64,000 nt of DNA. It comes from Azolla caroliniana (Eukaryota; Plantae; Polypodiophyta). How positions within the stretch are numbered: position 1 is the stretch's first letter; each line of letters begins with the position of its first letter. Below are positions 60,145 to 64,000 of this stretch, in pieces. The notes under the pieces are model-generated. The model made no database searches. It saw only the letters and a list, made by a program, of their open reading frames with translations, and had not been told where the DNA came from. The translations under genes were made by a program, and so were the position numbers. Location: the NCBI GenBank assembly GCA_043228905.1, contig JBHGNT010000104.1, positions 22,641 to 86,640 of the forward strand, given 5' to 3'.

Positions 60145-60355
60145 CATGCAACAAACTAAACTAAAAGTGAAGAGAACTAAAGTAAAGGCCATGTGGACGC
60201 AAGTAACTAAAGTTGGAGTGCATGCAAAAAGTAAAGGTCATGTGGACAGTCACATGCAACTAAACGAAAAAGCCATGCAACTAAAAATAGATGCAACTCT
60301 AAGAAAAAGTTAAGCAACTAAAAGTAGAGGCCATGCAACAAAAAGTGGACATGCA
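60145..60355 (+). repeat. Second degenerate array (ATGCAACTAAA / GGCCATG) in the J 3' UTR
   Basis: Repeated AACTAAA and CATGCAAC motifs. Confidence 0.7.
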
Positions 60356-62195
60356 GATGATCAAGGGAGAACTCCATATAAAATTCCATTTTTTTTCCTA
60401 CACTCAGGCTCTCTCCATATTATCTTAATTTTTTTCCTTTCCTTTCGGAGCTCCCCTATCTTATCGAAGCCATATCTCTCAAGTAAACCCTAATTTCCTT
60501 ATGAAAGCCATATCTTACTCATAACCCTAAGATTTCATACAGAAGCTATTCAACTCATAAAACCATAATCTCTTATCAAAACCAAAAACCCTAATTTTCT
60601 ATAGAATTCATATCTTAATTTTCTCTAATCTATTACTCTAGCCATCTCCATTAGCAAACTTTTTGTAATCCCAATCTTGCGATTAATTGCAATCTTTCTT
60701 TCTACTTGTTAATGAAATTTGTTAATCTTTCTCATTTCGGTTAATTCTTAGTACATAAATACACGAATTTGATATCCTCTAGTCAAAGGCCCCGAGGGGT
60801 CTTGCCTCAACGTTCACGTATCCTCGTCGTATTTTCACGACACCGAAGGGGGAGATTGTTAATGTATCCGATCACTATTTTGTCTTTTCTTTTTTAATAA
60901 TATTTATTATTATTATTAGATAGTAATATAAAACAAAACAAAAGTTTTGTTTCTTTAGTAATTATTACCCTTACTTTATTTCTTTAAAAGGGTAAATGTA
61001 AGTTACATTTTTAGTGAGTAAAGAAAGAAAAGAAAAATAATAATAATAATAATAATAAAGAGGAAAACAAAACAAAACGACCGTTTTTGTTTTGAGAGAG
61101 ACAAAGAGAAGAGAGGGAGGAAAGGAGATATATACATGGGAAGAGGTGAGAACAAAGGATGAGTGTGAAGTATAGTGAAGCATAGAGAAGCATAGTTAAG
61201 CTTAGTGAAGCTTGGTGAAGCTTGGAGAAGCTTGGTGAAGGTTGGTGCTCAACTCATCTATTTCCAATCTCCTTTCCATCTCCGCTACTCAATGTGAGAT
61301 CTACACGGCTACTACTTCGACTTGTGGATGTTCTTATCTAGGTTTTCTTCTCTCTTCTTTTCTCTTATATGCTTGAGAGATAATCTTATCCCTTTGTATT
61401 ATTGTACCATCTTTGTCGGTAGTACTATGCTACATATCTCTACTTATTTCTAGTATATCTAGAAGTAGAATTTGTACTTGTGTTGTATCTCTTTGGTGAT
61501 AGTGGATTGGTTTTGGACTTTTGTCCCGTGGTTGTTTCCCTCATTGAGGGTTTTTCCACGTTAAATCTTGTGTTATCTTTGTTGTGTCATTGTGTGTGTT
61601 TCTTGTGTTTTTTTTTTCCATTATAATCGAGCATAAAACGTGACGCGTGTTACACTCTTACGTGTCTATACCTCATCACTTATATCCCATCTTCTTCCTG
61701 TTTCTCCTTATCCTTATCCTTGGTGACTTCAAAGACAAGATTTTTAGTCTTGGCATGGAGAGGTTGTGAATAGTCATCAATCTCATTAACCAGGATAAGC
61801 GAGCGTGCAATTGACGAGTTATTCACTTCATTCAACGGTATCTTCTTCGTATAGCACCACTTCAACGTGTTCATCATCATTCTTCAATGCCTCTTGCAAG
61901 TGAGGGGATTGTTCCCCATCAAAAACCACGTGGATAACAACCCAAAGCCTATGACCAAACTTCTTTCCAAATGGTGATGCCAAGCCCCAATGACAAACAT
62001 AGCGCCTACCCCCAATAGGTCAATCGATACCTCCACATCTTCTCAACAAGCAAGCCCACCCTTAGATATCTCAACATTCACCACATCCTAGGTAGACAAA
62101 TTACCAACTACCAACTGAATGCCTCTCAGCCATGCTATAACTCCAAATTTTTTGTTTATTCTCTTATAGATTTGGATTTTTGTTGTATACACCCA

Positions 62196-62523
62196 TTACG
62201 GGGGAGTGTCGAATACGAATATATAATGGCCATATTCACACCGTCCGTTGGATAGACTAGGTTTCAGACAATAATGTAAATATGTCAAAGGGCAATTGCC
62301 CAAGCTCATTAGTATATAACGAGATTTGTAACCTAGCTCATAAGGTTTTTGCCTCCATTCTATTGTAACTCTGAGTTCGAATAATATATTTACATATTGT
62401 GTGCCATTCACCGTCTCTCCTCTCTCTCACTTTGTCTCTTGGATTTTGCCTTAACTTGCTAACTCAGTGATCTTCTAAGCATAGATGTTCTTGTTTCCGC
62501 ATTGACGGTCTTAGACTCCAACA
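62196..62523 (+). mobile_element. PPT plus LTR (62207-62523) related to the element A family
   Basis: ATTACGGGGGAG-TGTCGAATAC...GACGGTCTTAGACTCCAACA is colinear with the reverse complement of 16308-16658. Confidence 0.75.
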
Positions 62524-62526
62524 ATG

Positions 62527-62970
62527 TGTTGAGAATCAAGCTCAACTTAGTCTAGTGTGTGAACTCAAAGGTCAAAGGTCGCCACTACCTTCTACATTTT
62601 AACTATGTGTCATAGAATGACACATAACTAATGAGTTCCATATTTTCCCCATAACTAATAAGTTTCCACATTCCCCAAGGTTCTAGAGAGAGCGTGGGTG
62701 TTTTAGTGAGAGAATTAGTGTAGAGAGAGAGTGAACTTATATAAAGCACCCTCCTACTTTGTAATGTGTCGGTTTATCTCCTTTCTAATATTCATATTGT
62801 TGTAGTTGTTCTCCACTTCCTAATACATACATCTTCTTGAGTATTTCATTTTTCCTATCTATCTTGTGTTTTTCTCCTTTCCTCTCCTCTTTACACACAC
62901 GCACACACACACATAACACAAATCCTTAATCTATCCCGCTGCATAGAATCAAGCTCGATTCTTTCCAATA
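62527..62970 (+). mobile_element. Probable LTR remnant starting TGTTGAGAATCAAGCTCAAC
   Basis: Start resembles the F-family terminus; TATA-like TATATAAA at ~62739; the end is uncertain. Confidence 0.4.
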
Positions 62971-63034
62971 ATTATCTATGAAAGAGGTACAAAACGGTTG
63001 CGAGCGTCGTTCAACCTTTACACTTCGCCTCACA

Positions 63035-64000
63035 AGGTAACTGCTCTTCTCTTTCTTGAAAGTAGACCACAGTCTTCCCTTCTATCTTTCTATGAGAATA
63101 AGACTAGAACCTTTACCCTGTTTGTTGCAAGTTGAGCCCCACAATCGCCAAACTAGTTCTTCTCTTATATCTTCAAAATTTCTTACAATCTTCCTCTTCT
63201 CTCCTTCTCTCCCTTACGATATGTCTTATAATATAATTCTTTTTCATCTCCCTTGTGACAATACTCCCTTCTCCTTCTATAATAAAGGGATGGTTTTGCA
63301 TGTGGGCCATGTGGCGCACATGTTGTAGGGAGGCTCTTGCATGTGTGTTATATGGTGCACATGTAGTGCATGGTTTAGATTATACAATTTTAGTTCAAAT
63401 GGCATACACATGCGTATCATGATTGTTGGCTAAATGGTAAGCTTTGAGGCCCATAAGGTTGGAGACTGTCAGTCCAAGTCCTCTCTCGCCAATGTAATAC
63501 ATTTTTCTGCTCCATTCACCTTTCCATATAATATATTATTATCATAGTGCTTTATTAATATGACCTCTATGTATATTACAAATATGTAACAAGGTTACTG
63601 GTCTTCTCTTTCTTGAAGGTAGACCACAATCTCCCCTTCTATCTTTCTACCTTCGCCCTTTCCGTTGCGAGTTGAACCCCACAACGACCAAGCCAATTTT
63701 TCTCTTGTATCTTTAAAATTGTTTATAATCTTCATATTCTCTCCTTTATGATATATCTTATAATATAATTCTTTTCCCTCTCCCTAGTGACAATACTCCC
63801 TTCCCTTTTATAATAAAGGGATGGTTTTGCATGTAGGCCATGCCATGCACATGTAAAGAAGCTCTTGCATGTGTATTATATGGTGCACATGTAGTACATT
63901 ACATGCTTTAGACTATACAATGTTAGTTCAAATGAAATAACACATATACATGTCATGAATGTTGGCTAAATGGTAAGCTTTGAGACCCATAAGGTGCTCT
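63035..64000. repeat. Diverged tandem duplication, unit ~535-555 bp, running off the window
   Basis: TCTTCTCTTTCTTGAA(A/G)GTAGACCACA at ~63045 and ~63603; GTTGGCTAAATGGTAAGCTTTGAG at 63425 and 63961. Confidence 0.88.

Larger units (their letters stand above)
54527..61678 (+). mobile_element. Element J: near-intact full-length Ty1/copia (Tnt1/Tork-like), TSD CTTAT
   Basis: LTRs 54527-55305 and 60857-61678; iMet PBS at 55308; PPT GAAGGGGGAGAT; TSD at 54522-54526 and 61679-61683. Confidence 0.97.

Noticed and set aside
59544-60192. Overlapping antisense ORFs (160, 183 and 105 aa) as an extra or env-like gene
   Set aside because: Low-complexity translations of a minisatellite that is open in several frames; no recognisable domain.

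Overview
Eukaryotic land-plant nuclear DNA; the retroelement types hint at a non-flowering lineage, but this is inference only. There is one host gene: an 8-exon MBOAT lysophospholipid acyltransferase (LPCAT/LPLAT type) on the minus strand, CDS 13500->7782, 463 aa as spliced by hand, whose intron 4 is a U12-type GT-AG intron. Most of the rest is nested LTR retrotransposons. Four elements are bounded by 5-bp TSDs: B 19300-22773, C 23028-33135, D 25257-30167 and J 54527-61678. A solo LTR at 53308-53787 also has a TSD. There are several truncated copia and gypsy copies and a 5'-truncated LINE sitting inside a (CT)n tract. The most unusual structure is gypsy element D. It has normal TG...CA ends and a perfect TSD, but internally it is a mosaic: three apparently identical R-U5 copies, gag split into oppositely oriented halves, an inverted PR-RT block, and microhomologies at the junctions. 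This looks like an integrated product of repeated template switching. Most short ORFs in the supplied track are antisense shadows or microsatellite artefacts. Coordinates were read by eye; boundaries without a TSD are approximate.
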